Below, in pieces: positions 35,335 to 45,682 of a DNA stretch of 49,343 nt (position 1 is the first letter of the stretch; each line of letters starts with the position of its first letter). Origin of the DNA: Actinomycetes bacterium (lineage in GTDB: Bacteria > Actinomycetota > CALGFH01); contig JBJMHP010000221.1 in NCBI GenBank assembly GCA_045807325.1, forward strand, positions 1 to 49,343, given 5' to 3'. The notes beneath the pieces are model-generated. The model did not search any database. It was given only the letters and a program-made list of their open reading frames with translations, and had not been told where the DNA came from. A program made the translations under genes and the position numbers.

Positions 35335-36608
35335 GGCGCGACTCCGCTGGTGACCCGGCGGACCTCGTCGACCACCTCGGCCAGGGGGACGGGGTGCTGC
35401 CGGCGGGCGGCCATGTCGCGGACCGCGGCCTGGCCGGCCGCCAGCTCCTGCTCGCCCAGGATGACCACGGTGCGGGCGCCGATCTTGGCGGCCGCCTTCA
35501 TGTGGCCGTTGAGGGTGCGCTCGGCATAGGGGAGGTCGGCCACCAGCCCGGCCCGGCGCAGGTCGCGGACCAGCACCTGGGCCGGGACCGTGGCCGCCGG
35601 GACCAGCGGCAGGACCAGGGCGTCCAGCCGCCAGGGGTCGGCCGGGAGCCGGCCGGCCCGCTCGAGGGCGAGCACCGTCCGGTCCAGCCCCAGGGCCCAG
35701 CCGATGCCCGGTGCATGGGGGCCGCCGAGGGCCTCGGCCAGCCCGTCGTAGCGGCCGCCGCCCCCAAGGGCGTTCTGGGCCGCGTCCAGGCCCTCGGCCT
35801 GCCACTCGAAGGTGGTGCGGACGTAGTAGTCGAGGCCGCGGACCAGCCGGGGGGCCTCGACCCACTCCAGGCCGACGGCGGCCAGCAGCTCCCGCACCGC
35901 CTCGTCGTGGGCCTTGCAGGCCCCGCAGAGGTAGTCCCGCATCAGCGGGGCGTCGGCGGTCAGCTCCTCGACCAGCGGGTCCTTCATGTCCAGGACCCGC
36001 AGCGGGTTCTGCTCGGCCCGGGCCCGGGCCGCCGCCGGCAGCCGGTCGCCCAGGCCGCGCAGGAACCCCAGCAGGGCCTCCCGGTAGGCGGGGCGGCAGA
36101 CCGGGTCGCCCAGGCTGGTCAGCAGCAGGGTCACCGGGATGCCGAGGCGCCGGAACACCTCATGACCGACCAGGATCACGTCGGCGTCGATGGCCGGGGC
36201 GTCGCGGCCGATGGCCTCGATGTCGACCTGGGTGAACTGGCGCTGGCGGCCGGCCTGGGGCCGCTCGTAGCGGAACTGGGGGCCGGAGCAGACGACCTTG
36301 GTCAGGCCGCCGGCGAGCCGGCCGTGCTCGATCAGGGCCCGCACGATCCCGGCGGTCAGCTCGGGCCGCAGGGTGAGGGAGCGGCCGCCCTTGTCGGTGA
36401 AGGTGTACATCTCCTTCTGGACGACGTCGGTGGCCTCGCCGACCCCGCGGGCGAACACGGCCGTGTCCTCGAAGATGGGCGTCTCGATCGGCTGGTAGCC
36501 GGCCAGGCGGGCCTGCTCGAGCATGATCCGCTCGACCTCGGCCCTGGCTCCCGAGGCCGGCGGCAGGTGGTCGAAGGTGCCCTTGGGGGCCTCGAACCGG
36601 ACGCTCAC
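35331..36608 (-). CDS. hisS: Histidine--tRNA ligase.
   Basis: 425 aa. PKGTFDHLPP...EMYTFTDKGGRSLTLRPELTAG...FRYERPQAGRQRQFTQ...GGGRYDGL. Confidence 0.96.
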   Translation of the reverse strand: MSVRFEAPKGTFDHLPPASGARAEVERIMLEQARLAGYQPIETPIFEDTAVFARGVGEATDVVQKEMYTFTDKGGRSLTLRPELTAGIVRALIEHGRLAGGLTKVVCSGPQFRYERPQAGRQRQFTQVDIEAIGRDAPAIDADVILVGHEVFRRLGIPVTLLLTSLGDPVCRPAYREALLGFLRGLGDRLPAAARARAEQNPLRVLDMKDPLVEELTADAPLMRDYLCGACKAHDEAVRELLAAVGLEWVEAPRLVRGLDYYVRTTFEWQAEGLDAAQNALGGGGRYDGLAEALGGPHAPGIGWALGLDRTVLALERAGRLPADPWRLDALVLPLVPAATVPAQVLVRDLRRAGLVADLPYAERTLNGHMKAAAKIGARTVVILGEQELAAGQAAVRDMAARRQHPVPLAEVVDEVRRVTSGVAP

Positions 36609-37291
36609 GGCCGCTTGCCCCCGACCGGGTCCAGCCCGGTCAGGAACGGGTTGGTGGCCCGCTCCCGGCCAACGGTGGTGGTCGGGCCGTGGCCGGGCAG
36701 CACCACCATGTCGTCCGGCAGGGGCAGGAACCGGGAGGCCAGCGAGGCCAGCATCTGCTCGGTGGACCCGCCGGGCAGGTCGGTGCGGCCGATCGAGCCG
36801 GCGAACACCAGGTCCCCGGCCAGCAGGTGGCCCGGCTGGTCGCCCTCGGCGGCCGACCGGAAGGTGACGTGCCCGGGGGTGTGGCCCGGGGTGTGGTCGA
36901 CGTGCAGGCGCAGGCCGGCCAGCTCGACCGCCTGGCCGTCGGCCAGCTCACGGACGTCGTCGGGTTCCTGAAGCTCGAGCCCGCCGAAGGCGGCCCTTGC
37001 CTCGGGGCCGAACCCGGCCAGGGGGTCGGTGAGCAGGTGGCGGTCGGCCGGGTGGAGGAAGGCCGGGATGTCGTGGGCGCCGGCCAGGGGGGCGACGGTC
37101 CAGACGTGGTCGAGGTGGCCGTGGGTGAGCAGCGTCGCCACCGGCTTGAGGCGGTGGCGGCGGCACAGCTCCTCGATCCCGGCCAGGGCGTCCTGACCCG
37201 GGTCGACGACCAGGGCCTCGGCGCCTTGTTCGGCGGCGACCAGCCAGCAGTTGGTCTGGAAGGTCCCGGCGGGGAATCCGGTCACGAGCAT
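36605..37291 (-). CDS. MBL-fold metallo-hydrolase (glyoxalase II-like).
   Basis: 228 aa. LLTHGHLDHVW motif, then HTPGHTPGH...FAGSIGRTDLPGG. Confidence 0.88.
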   Translation of the reverse strand: MLVTGFPAGTFQTNCWLVAAEQGAEALVVDPGQDALAGIEELCRRHRLKPVATLLTHGHLDHVWTVAPLAGAHDIPAFLHPADRHLLTDPLAGFGPEARAAFGGLELQEPDDVRELADGQAVELAGLRLHVDHTPGHTPGHVTFRSAAEGDQPGHLLAGDLVFAGSIGRTDLPGGSTEQMLASLASRFLPLPDDMVVLPGHGPTTTVGRERATNPFLTGLDPVGGKRP

Positions 37292-37375
37292 GGCCGCATG
37301 CTACCGGAACGGCTCCCGCCGGGACCCCGGGATGCCGATAGACTCGGGGCTTCAGCCGGAGCGGGAAGGGAGTCG

Positions 37376-38218
37376 ATGTCCAAGCAGACACGCAAGCGGG
37401 AGCTGGACCGGCTCCGGGCCCGGCGGGAGGCCGAGCGCCAGCGGGCCCGGCGGCGCCGGGCGCTGCTCACCTACGGGACGCTTGGGCTGGTCGTCGTCGT
37501 GGCCGCCGTGGCCGGGGGGCTGTGGCTGACCGGCAACGACGACAGCCCGGCGGGCGCGGCCGCCACCACCGCCGCCGGGGCGGCCACCACCGCGCCGGCG
37601 CAGTTCAACGACGCCCGGGCCGGGGCCCCGACCGCCCCCGCCCAGGTCGCCTGCGGCGGCAAGATCCCGCCCAAGGTGCAGCACCCGACCTTCAGCAAGC
37701 CGCCCACGACCAAGGTCGACCCGGACAAGACCTACCTGGCCACCCTCCAGACCTCCTGCGGCGGCGTCACCATCAGGCTCGACCCCAAGAAGGCGCCGGA
37801 GACCACGGCCAACTTCGTGTTCCTGGCCGGCAGGCACTTCTACGACTCCACCTGGTTCCACCGGATCGTGCCCGGCGGGGCGGCCGGGATCGGGGTCATC
37901 CAGGGCGGCGACCCCGAGGGCACGGGCCGCGGCGGCCCCGGCTACGCCATCAAGGACGAGCTGCCCTCCAGCCCGGCCGCCTACGGGAAGTACTCGGTGG
38001 CCATGGCCAACAGCGGCCCCAACTCGGGCGGCAGCCAGTTCTTCATCGACTTCCAGGACAACTCCAAGGGCCTCCGGCCCGACTACTCGGTGTTCGGCGA
38101 GGTCGTCGAGGGCCGCGACGTGGTCGACAAGATCGCCAAGGTCCCCCTCGGCGGCCAGACCGGCGACACCCCGACCCAGGCGGTCTGGATCGACAAGGTC
38201 ACCGTGAAGGTCTCCTGA
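37376..38218 (+). CDS. Membrane-anchored cyclophilin-type peptidyl-prolyl isomerase.
   Basis: ATG 37376 after GGGAAGGGAG. Basic N-terminus + TM. Cyclophilin motifs TTANFVFLAGRHFYDSTWFHRIV, GGPGY and MANSGPNSGGSQFFI. Confidence 0.9.
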   Translation: MSKQTRKRELDRLRARREAERQRARRRRALLTYGTLGLVVVVAAVAGGLWLTGNDDSPAGAAATTAAGAATTAPAQFNDARAGAPTAPAQVACGGKIPPKVQHPTFSKPPTTKVDPDKTYLATLQTSCGGVTIRLDPKKAPETTANFVFLAGRHFYDSTWFHRIVPGGAAGIGVIQGGDPEGTGRGGPGYAIKDELPSSPAAYGKYSVAMANSGPNSGGSQFFIDFQDNSKGLRPDYSVFGEVVEGRDVVDKIAKVPLGGQTGDTPTQAVWIDKVTVKVS

Positions 38219-38227
38219 CCGGACCGG

Positions 38228-38677
38228 TCAGAGCTTGCGGGCCGAGTCGAGCAGGATGGTGACCGGGCCGTCGCCGGCCGACTCGACCCGCATGGAGGCG
38301 CCGAAGCGGCCGGTGGCCACCGGGACGCCGGCCCCGGCCAGGGCCTTGGCCACGGCCTCGACCAGGGGGGCGGCCACCTCGGGCGGGGCCGCGGCCACAT
38401 AGGAGGGGCGGCGGCCCTTGCGGGCGTCGCCGTAGAGGGTGAACTGGCTGACCACCAGCGCTCCCCCGCCGACCTCGGCCAGCGACCGGTTCATCCTGCC
38501 CTGGCCGTCGTCGAAGATCCGCAGGGCGGCCAGCTTGGCGGCCAGCCAGGCGGCGTCGGCCTCGGTGTCGCCGTGGGTGACCCCGACCAGGACCAGCAGC
38601 CCGGGGCCGATCTCCCCGGTCAGCTCCCCGTCGGCCACCACCCGGGCCCAGGCCACCCGGGAGACCACGGCCCGCAC
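38228..38677 (-). CDS. dtd: D-aminoacyl-tRNA deacylase.
   Basis: 149 aa. MRAVVSRV...[10 protein letters not shown]...[16 protein letters not shown]...F is diagnostic. Confidence 0.93.
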   Translation of the reverse strand: MRAVVSRVAWARVVADGELTGEIGPGLLVLVGVTHGDTEADAAWLAAKLAALRIFDDGQGRMNRSLAEVGGGALVVSQFTLYGDARKGRRPSYVAAAPPEVAAPLVEAVAKALAGAGVPVATGRFGASMRVESAGDGPVTILLDSARKL

Positions 38678-41050
38678 CTAGCGGTCCCCGGCGCCGTTCC
38701 CGGCGTGCGGCACGACGCGGAAGGCGTCGTAGACGCCTTCGACCCGCTTGACGGTGGACAGCACGTGGGCCAGATGCGAGATGTCGGCCAGCTCGAAGGT
38801 GAACCGCAGGGTGGCCACCCGGTCGCGGCCGGTGGCGACCTGGGCCGACATGATGTTGACGTGGTGGTCGGAGAGGACCTCGGTGATGTCCCGCAGCAGC
38901 TTGGTCCGGTCCAGGGCCTCGACCTGGATGGTGACCGCGAACACACTCGGGCCGGAGGTGTCCCACTCGACCTCGATGATGCGGTTCTGGTCGCGGCGCA
39001 GGTTGTCGGCGTTGGGGCAGTCCTCGCGGTGGACGCTGACCCCGTGGCCGCGGGTGACGAAGCCGATGATCGGGTCCCGGGGCACCGGGGTGCAGCAGCG
39101 GGCCAGCTTGACCCAGACGTCGTCGACGCCCTTGACGACCACGCCGCGGCTGGCCGGCTGGGGCCGGGTCTGGCGGACGGCCCGTTCCAGCACCAGGTCG
39201 TCGTCGTCGTCCTCCTGCTCCTGGCCGCCCAGGTCGGCCTGGAGGCGGCTGACCACCGCCTGGGCCGAGGTCTGCCCGGACCCGACGGCGGCGTAGAACG
39301 CCTCCAGGCTGGCGAAGCGCATGTCGGCGGCCAGGGCGGCCAGGGCCCCGCCCTGGGTGAGCTTCTGCAGCGGCAGGCCGGCCTTGCGCATGGCCCGGAC
39401 CAGCGCGTCCTTGCCGGCCTCGATGGCGTCCTCGCGGCGCTCGCGGGCGAACCACTGGCGGATCTTGTTGCGGGCCCGCGGGGTCTTGACGATCGCCAGC
39501 CAGTCCCGCGACGGGCCGGCGTCCTGGGCCTTGGAGGTGAAGATCTCGACGTTGTCGCCGTTCTCCAGGGCGTGCTCCAGGGGCACCAGCCGCTTGTTGA
39601 CCCGGGCGCCGACGCAGCGGTGGCCGACCTCGGTGTGGACGGCGTAGGCGAAGTCGATCGGGGTCGCCCCGGCCGGGAGCTGGATCACGTCGCCCTTGGG
39701 GGTGAACACGAACACCTCGTCGACGTACAGGTCGGTCTCGAGGTTCTCGATGAAGTCGCGCGGGTCCGACAGCTCCCGCTGCCAGTCGATCAGCTGCCGC
39801 AGCCAGCCCATCTCCTGCTCGGTGGCCGGCTTGCCGTCCTTGGTCTTGTAGCGCCAGTGGGCGGCCACCCCGTACTCGGCGGTGCGGTGCATGGCCTTGG
39901 TCCGGATCTGGATCTCCAGCGGCTTGCCCTGGGGCCCCACCACGGTCGTGTGCAGCGACTGGTAGAGGTTGAACTTGGGCATGGCGATGTAGTCCTTGAA
40001 CCGGCCCGGGACCGGCTTCCAGACGGCGTGGACCTGCCCGAGGGCGGCGTAGCAGTCCTTGATCGAGTCGACCAGGATGCGCACCCCGACCAGGTCGAAG
40101 ATGTCGGTGAACTCCTTGCCCCGCACCACCATCTTCTCGTAGATCGAGTAGTAGTGCTTGGGCCGGCCGCTGACCACAGCGCGCAGCTTGACCAGCTTGA
40201 GCTGGGCGTTGACCTGCTCGATGACCTCGGCGACATACTGCTCGCGGGCCGGCTGGCGCTCGGCCGTCATGCGGGCGATCTCCTCGTACCGCAGCGGGTA
40301 CAGGGTGGCGAAGGCCAGGTCCTCCAGCTCCCACTTGATGTGGTGGATGCCGAGCCGGTTGGCCAGGGGGGCGTAGATCTCCAGGACCTCGCGGGCCTTG
40401 CCCTCCTGGTCCTCGCGGTCCAGGTAGCCGATGTCGCGCATGTTGTGGAGCCGGTCGGCCAGCTTGATGACCAGCACCCGGATGTCGCGGGCCATGGCGA
40501 TGACCATCTTGCGGATGATCTCGGCCTGGGCCGCCTCCCGGCCCTCGTAGCCGATCCGGTCGAGCTTGCCCAGGCCCTCGGAGATCTTGGCCACCTCGGG
40601 CCCGAACTGCTCGCCGATCTCCTCCCGCGACAGCAGGCCCTCCTCGACGGCGTCGTGCAGCAGGGCGGCCTCCACCGACACGGCGTCCAGGCCCAGGTCG
40701 GCCACCACCGTGGCCACCCCCAGGGGGTGGGCCAGATAGGGGACGCCCGAGGCCCGGCGGCGGCCGGCGTGGCGCTCGCGGGCCAGCTCGAAGGCGCGGC
40801 CCACGGCGGCGGTGTCGGCCCGCGGGTTGCGCTGGCGGACCCGCTGGAGCAGCGGCTCCACGGCCGGCTCGGGCGGCAACCCGGCGTCATAGGGCCGGGT
40901 GACCGCCTCGGCGGCGGTCCCGTTGTCGCCGGGCACGCCGACGCCGGGCTGGGGCTCGCGGTCGAGCGCCAGCCCGTCGGGGACCGCCGTCGGATGCTGC
41001 TGCGACATCGTGCTTGGCCCCACCCAGGTTGGTCGTCCGTCGCCCGTCAT
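38678..41050 (-). CDS. relA: Bifunctional (p)ppGpp synthetase/hydrolase (RelA/SpoT homologue).
   Basis: 790 aa. HD domain (YLAHPLGVA...HD), synthetase region (RPKHYYSIYEKM), TGS and ACT-like C-terminus. Confidence 0.96.
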   Translation of the reverse strand: MTGDGRPTWVGPSTMSQQHPTAVPDGLALDREPQPGVGVPGDNGTAAEAVTRPYDAGLPPEPAVEPLLQRVRQRNPRADTAAVGRAFELARERHAGRRRASGVPYLAHPLGVATVVADLGLDAVSVEAALLHDAVEEGLLSREEIGEQFGPEVAKISEGLGKLDRIGYEGREAAQAEIIRKMVIAMARDIRVLVIKLADRLHNMRDIGYLDREDQEGKAREVLEIYAPLANRLGIHHIKWELEDLAFATLYPLRYEEIARMTAERQPAREQYVAEVIEQVNAQLKLVKLRAVVSGRPKHYYSIYEKMVVRGKEFTDIFDLVGVRILVDSIKDCYAALGQVHAVWKPVPGRFKDYIAMPKFNLYQSLHTTVVGPQGKPLEIQIRTKAMHRTAEYGVAAHWRYKTKDGKPATEQEMGWLRQLIDWQRELSDPRDFIENLETDLYVDEVFVFTPKGDVIQLPAGATPIDFAYAVHTEVGHRCVGARVNKRLVPLEHALENGDNVEIFTSKAQDAGPSRDWLAIVKTPRARNKIRQWFARERREDAIEAGKDALVRAMRKAGLPLQKLTQGGALAALAADMRFASLEAFYAAVGSGQTSAQAVVSRLQADLGGQEQEDDDDDLVLERAVRQTRPQPASRGVVVKGVDDVWVKLARCCTPVPRDPIIGFVTRGHGVSVHREDCPNADNLRRDQNRIIEVEWDTSGPSVFAVTIQVEALDRTKLLRDITEVLSDHHVNIMSAQVATGRDRVATLRFTFELADISHLAHVLSTVKRVEGVYDAFRVVPHAGNGAGDR

Positions 41051-41075
41051 GTGGTCGAGGGCGACCAGCTGGCGA

Positions 41076-41612
41076 CTAGGCTCCCACGGTACTCCCGCCG
41101 TGGCCAGCCTGGCGATGCTCGGCGCCGCGGGCCATGGCCTGGTCGAGGATGACGTGGCCGACGTAGGCGTCGCGCCAGCCGAAGGTCTCGACCGTCTTGT
41201 CCTCGAGCTGCTTGTAGACGGCGAAGAAGTGCTCGATCTCGCGCAGCAGGTGCGGGGGGACCTGGTCGATGTCGTGGATGTAGTTCCAGTGGGGGTCGGT
41301 CAGGGGGACGACCAGCAGCTTCTGGTCGGGGCCCTTGTCGTCGGCCATGTCGAGCATGCCGACGATGCGGGCCTGGATCTCGCAGCCGGGGAAGCTCGGC
41401 TCGCCCAGCAGGACCATGGCGTCCAGGGGGTCGCCGTCCTCGGCCAGGGTGTCGGGCACGAAGCCGTAGTCGGTCGGGTAGTGGACCGGGCTGAACAGCA
41501 TCCGGTCGAGGCGGATGCGGCCGGTCTCGTGGTCGAGCTCGTACTTGTTGCGGGACCCCTTGGGGATCTCGACCACGACGTGGATGGGGACCTCGCCCCC
41601 GGGGGTGGCCAC
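41076..41612 (-). CDS. ppa: Inorganic diphosphatase.
   Basis: 178 aa. VVVEIPKGSRNKYELDHETGRIRLDRMLFSPVHYPTDYGFVPDTLAEDGDPLDAMVL. Confidence 0.94.
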   Translation of the reverse strand: MATPGGEVPIHVVVEIPKGSRNKYELDHETGRIRLDRMLFSPVHYPTDYGFVPDTLAEDGDPLDAMVLLGEPSFPGCEIQARIVGMLDMADDKGPDQKLLVVPLTDPHWNYIHDIDQVPPHLLREIEHFFAVYKQLEDKTVETFGWRDAYVGHVILDQAMARGAEHRQAGHGGSTVGA

Positions 41613-41613
41613 C

Positions 41614-42141
41614 TCAGTACCTGATCAGGCTGAAGAACTCGTAGCCCTCGATCCGCTTCCTGCCCTCGAGGAACTCGAGCTCGATCAGGGTGGCGATGCC
41701 GATGACCTTGCCGCCGAGGCGCTCCACCAGACGGGCCGCGGCCCGGGCGGTGCCGCCGGTGGCGAGCACGTCGTCCACGATCAGGACCCGCTCGCCGGGC
41801 ACCACCGCGTCGGCGTGCAGCTCCAGGGTGGCGGTGCCGTACTCGAGCGCGTACTCCTCGGCCTCGACCTGGTAGGGCAGCTTGCCGGCCTTGCGGACGG
41901 GGAGGAAGCCGGCCCCGAAGTGGTAGGCGACCGGGGAGGCCAGGATGAACCCGCGGGCCTCGATGCCGACCACCTTGTCGACGTTGCCCCGGCCGAAGTG
42001 GACCACCGTCTCGTCGATCACCGAGGAGAAGGCGACCTCGTTGGCCAGCAGCGGGGTGATGTCCTTGAAGACGATCCCCGGCTTGGGGAAGTCGGGGATG
42101 TCGCGGACCAGGGCCCGCAGGCGCTGGATGTCGATGGGCAC
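41614..42141 (-). CDS. apt: Adenine phosphoribosyltransferase.
   Basis: 175 aa. [18 protein letters not shown]...[14 protein letters not shown]. Confidence 0.95.
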   Translation of the reverse strand: MPIDIQRLRALVRDIPDFPKPGIVFKDITPLLANEVAFSSVIDETVVHFGRGNVDKVVGIEARGFILASPVAYHFGAGFLPVRKAGKLPYQVEAEEYALEYGTATLELHADAVVPGERVLIVDDVLATGGTARAAARLVERLGGKVIGIATLIELEFLEGRKRIEGYEFFSLIRY

Positions 42142-42162
42142 GGTGGCGTCCTCCTGTGGGGA

Positions 42163-43422
42163 CTAGCGCCGGCGGCGCTTGGCCGGGCGGGACTGCTGGC
42201 GCCCGGACGACTTACGTCGCTGCTGGGTCGGGCGTGGCTTCTGGGGCTGGCGGCGGGCCGGGGTCTGGGCGACGACGGCCGACTCGGTCTCGGCGGCCTC
42301 CTCCAGGTCCTCCTCGTCGTGCTCGGCCAGCTCGGGCTCGGGCTCGGGGGGCGGGGCCGGGGCGCGCCGAGACCGGCCCTCGCGGGCGGCCGGCCTGCCG
42401 GCCTGCCGGGCCGTGCCGGTGGCGGCCCGCACCGGCCGCTCCGGGCGCTCGGGCCGCTCGGCGCTGGGGCCCTGGGCGGCCAGGCGCTCGACCCGGGCCC
42501 GGAGCTGGGCGTAGCGCGGCTCCCGCTCCTTCCACATGGCGACCAGCGGCGGGGCGATGAAGATCGAGGAGTAGGCGCCGGCGGCCACGCCCACGAACAG
42601 GGCCAGGGCCAGGTCCTTGAGGGTCTCGGCGCCGAGCAGGTAGGAGCCGACCAGCAGCAGCCCCAGGATGGGCAGCAGCGAGGCCATCGAGGTGTTGAGC
42701 GACCGCATCACGGTCTGGTTGATGGCCAGGTTGGTCGCCTGGGAGTAGGTCGTGCGGGACATGGCCGTGAGCGAGCCGGTGTTCTCCCGCACCTTGTCGA
42801 ACACGACCACGGTGTCGTACAGCGAGTAGCCGAGGATGGTCAGCAGGGCGATCACCGTCGCCGGGGTGACCTCGAAGCGGGACAGGGCGAAGATCCCGGC
42901 GGTGATGATGAGGTCGTGCAGCAGGGCCACCAGCCCGGCCACGGCCATCTTGAACTCCATCCGCAGCGACACGTAGACGGTCACCACGACCAGGAACACG
43001 AGCAGGGCGATGACCGCCTTGCGCGACACCGTGCTCCCCCACTTGGAGCCGATGGACTCGGTGGAGACGGCGTTGAGCTGGACGCCGGACACCCTGGCCA
43101 GCCCGGTCCGGATCCGGGTGACCTCGGCCGCGGGCAGCTCCTCGGTCTGGACGATCACCTGGACCGGGGCCTGCTCGGTGACCTGGACGACCTCGGCGGC
43201 CGGCCCGACGGCCCGGCGGACCTCGGCCTCGGTGACCGGCCGCTCGGGCTGGACCCGGAACACCGCCCCGCCCTTGAAGTCGATGCCGAAGTTGAGGCCG
43301 GGCCACACCAGGCTGACCAGGGAGATCAGCACCAGCACGGCCGAGATCGAGAACCACAGGCGCCGGCGACCGACGAAGTCGTAGCTGGTCTCGCCGTGGT
43401 ACATGCGGCTGGCGAGGGACAC
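42163..43422 (-). CDS. secF: Protein translocase subunit SecF (with a basic/acidic C-terminal extension).
   Basis: ORF 42163..43458. Likely start is GTG 43422, 8 nt after AAGGAGGA. YDFVGRRRLWFSISAVLVLISL...GLNFGIDFKGG...YSLYDTVVVFDKVREN. Confidence 0.93.
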   Translation of the reverse strand: MSLASRMYHGETSYDFVGRRRLWFSISAVLVLISLVSLVWPGLNFGIDFKGGAVFRVQPERPVTEAEVRRAVGPAAEVVQVTEQAPVQVIVQTEELPAAEVTRIRTGLARVSGVQLNAVSTESIGSKWGSTVSRKAVIALLVFLVVVTVYVSLRMEFKMAVAGLVALLHDLIITAGIFALSRFEVTPATVIALLTILGYSLYDTVVVFDKVRENTGSLTAMSRTTYSQATNLAINQTVMRSLNTSMASLLPILGLLLVGSYLLGAETLKDLALALFVGVAAGAYSSIFIAPPLVAMWKEREPRYAQLRARVERLAAQGPSAERPERPERPVRAATGTARQAGRPAAREGRSRRAPAPPPEPEPELAEHDEEDLEEAAETESAVVAQTPARRQPQKPRPTQQRRKSSGRQQSRPAKRRRR

Positions 43423-43444
43423 GGACGGGATCCTCCTTGCGGGG

Positions 43445-44905
43445 TCAGACGGCGGCACGGATGCCGACGAAGCGCCCCTCCTGGAACAGGCGGAGTCGGG
43501 TGAGCAGGGAGACCGCCGGCCGGGCGAAGAACCAGGCGGCGAAGAAGTCGATCAGGGTGGCCAGGCCGAGGGTGAACGCGAACCCCCGGACCGGGCCGAT
43601 GGCCAGCAGGTAGAGGATCAGCGCGGCCATGAACGACACCGCGTTGGCCGAGACCAGGGTGTGGAACGAGCGCTGCCAGCCCCGGTCGACCGAGGTGCGC
43701 AGGGTCTTGCCCTCGCGGACCTCGTCCTTGAGCCGTTCGAAGAACACCACGTAGGTGTCGGCCGAGATGCCCACGGCCACGATCAGCCCGGCGATGCCGG
43801 CCAGGGTCAGGGTGAAGCCGATCCACTGGCCCATCAGGATGACGATGCCGACGTTGAGGGCGGCGGCGATGGCCAGGCCGACCCAGACCACCAGGCCGAG
43901 CCCACGGTAGTAGAGGAGCACGTACAGGAACACCAGGCCGAGCCCGATGGCCCCGCCGATCAGGCCGGCGTGCAGCGAGTCGGCGCCCAGGGTGGCGCTG
44001 ACGGTGGTGCGGCTCTGGGGGTCGAGCTTGAGGGGCAGGGCGCCCGAGGAGATCAGCGGGGCCAGGTTCTCGGCCTCGGCCTGGGTCTGGCCGGTGATGA
44101 CGGCCGAGCCGCCGCTGATGCCCTGGTTGCACTGGACGTCGGAGGCCACCGGCGGGTAGTTGATGACCACCGCGTCCAGGGTGATGGCGATCTGGCGCTT
44201 GGGGTCGTTGTCGGGGTTGCAGGCCGCCTTGCCGGTGAGCTCCTGGAACTTGCGGCCACCGGCGCCGTTGAAGTTGAGCTGGGTCTCCCACTGGCCGGTG
44301 GTGACCCCGCCCTGGCCGGCCTGCTGGAGCTGGGGCCGGGCCGAGGCGATGTCGGTGCCGCCGAGGGCGACCGGGCCCATCAGCAGCTTGGGGGCGTTGG
44401 CCTCGGGCCGCAGCTGCCCGGCCTGGTCGCGGGCGCACAGGACGACGTCCTTGTCAGGGATGTCCTTGTTCGCATAGGTCTCGGGCTTGGCGCAGTCGAC
44501 GGCGTTGAACGGAGCCTGCTTGTACCTGGGGTCGCTGGCCCCGACGATCTCCTTGACCGGGCGGAACTGGAGCTGGGCGGTGGTGCCGACGGCGGCGATC
44601 ACGTCGTCGGGGTTGGGCACGTTGGGGATCGACACCACGATGTTGCCGCCCTCGACGCTGACCTCCGACTCGGCCACGCCCTTGGAGTTGACCCGGTTGC
44701 GGATGATGTCGACGGTGGTGTCGAGCTGCTCGGTGGTGGGGGCGCCGCCCCGGGGGTTGGTGGGCACGAAGGTGACGGTGGACCCGCCCTTCAGGTCGAG
44801 GCCGAGCCGGGGCTTGATGCCCTGGACCATGATCACGCCCCAGACCGCCCCGACCAGCAGGAACACGATCAGCAGGGGGATCACGTAACGGCGGGCTCCT
44901 GGCAC
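43445..44905 (-). CDS. secD: Protein translocase subunit SecD.
   Basis: 486 aa. GTG start after GAAGGAG. LGLDLKGGSTV...FTLTLAGIAGLIVAVGISADTYVVFFERLKDE. Confidence 0.95.
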   Translation of the reverse strand: MPGARRYVIPLLIVFLLVGAVWGVIMVQGIKPRLGLDLKGGSTVTFVPTNPRGGAPTTEQLDTTVDIIRNRVNSKGVAESEVSVEGGNIVVSIPNVPNPDDVIAAVGTTAQLQFRPVKEIVGASDPRYKQAPFNAVDCAKPETYANKDIPDKDVVLCARDQAGQLRPEANAPKLLMGPVALGGTDIASARPQLQQAGQGGVTTGQWETQLNFNGAGGRKFQELTGKAACNPDNDPKRQIAITLDAVVINYPPVASDVQCNQGISGGSAVITGQTQAEAENLAPLISSGALPLKLDPQSRTTVSATLGADSLHAGLIGGAIGLGLVFLYVLLYYRGLGLVVWVGLAIAAALNVGIVILMGQWIGFTLTLAGIAGLIVAVGISADTYVVFFERLKDEVREGKTLRTSVDRGWQRSFHTLVSANAVSFMAALILYLLAIGPVRGFAFTLGLATLIDFFAAWFFARPAVSLLTRLRLFQEGRFVGIRAAV

Positions 44906-44986
44906 GGACGTCTGACTCCTTCGTGCTGCGAGGGGCTCGGAACTCGGAACACAGAGCCTAGCGGTTTTCTCGGCAGTTCGAGCGAT

Positions 44987-45682
44987 TCAGAGCAGGCTTT
45001 GGCCGTTCACGGTCATGCGGAACTTGCAGTCCAGGCCCTCGGCGGCCCGGCGGCACATCATCATGCGGGTGAGGAAGATCTCGAAGTACTCCAGGATGTC
45101 GGACACGGCGGTGTCGATCTGGAGCTCCAGGGTGATGGTGCGGCCGGTGGCGTCGACCCGCACGAAGGAGTGGGTGGCCGAGAAGTTCACCCGGTCGTGG
45201 ATGTCGAACTCCACGCGCGCGTCCTTGCGCACCCGCGAGCGGTGGACGTCGGACTTGTCGGCGATGTTGACCGCCGCCGACACCGGCGACACGGGATGGC
45301 CGAGCTCCTCCTCGTGGTTGCCGATGGCCCCGATGACCAGCCCGATGTCCTCGGTGGCCATGCCGAGCTCGGTGAGGATGGGCATGGCCAGCAGGGCCGA
45401 GGTCTGGGGGTGGTTCTGGCGTGAGATCACGTTGCCGACGTCGTGCAGGTAGCCGGCGACCGAGGCCAGCTCGGCCAGGTGCCGGTCGTAGCCGAGCCGG
45501 TCGAGGATGTTGAAGGCGATGTGGCCGACCAGGTTGGCGTGGCGGTAGCCGTGCTCGGTGTAGCCGAGCCGGCCGGTGAACTGGTCGGCCAGGGCGATGT
45601 AGGTCTGGATGACCTTGTGGCCGGCCACCTGGTCGAGCAGGCGGAGCTCGCCGGCGCTGGGCCGGCGCTCCGGGAGGCTCAT
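44987..45682 (-). CDS. HD-domain phosphohydrolase.
   Basis: 231 aa. GYRHANLVGHIA...AGYLHDVGN...GNHEE are HD-superfamily metal ligands. ATGA overlap with yajC. Confidence 0.8.
   Translation of the reverse strand: MSLPERRPSAGELRLLDQVAGHKVIQTYIALADQFTGRLGYTEHGYRHANLVGHIAFNILDRLGYDRHLAELASVAGYLHDVGNVISRQNHPQTSALLAMPILTELGMATEDIGLVIGAIGNHEEELGHPVSPVSAAVNIADKSDVHRSRVRKDARVEFDIHDRVNFSATHSFVRVDATGRTITLELQIDTAVSDILEYFEIFLTRMMMCRRAAEGLDCKFRMTVNGQSLL

Noticed and set aside
31963-35529. 1188-aa plus-strand ORF. Similar giants occur at 38573..41152, 12396..14429, 3946..5967, 26904..28676 and 43403..45424.
   Set aside because: These ORFs are G/A/R/P/D-rich low-complexity translations lying antisense to unmistakable conserved genes (rarA, aspS, hisS, relA, ahcY, DUF885, alaS, secD). 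Stop-poor shadow frames are expected at this GC content.
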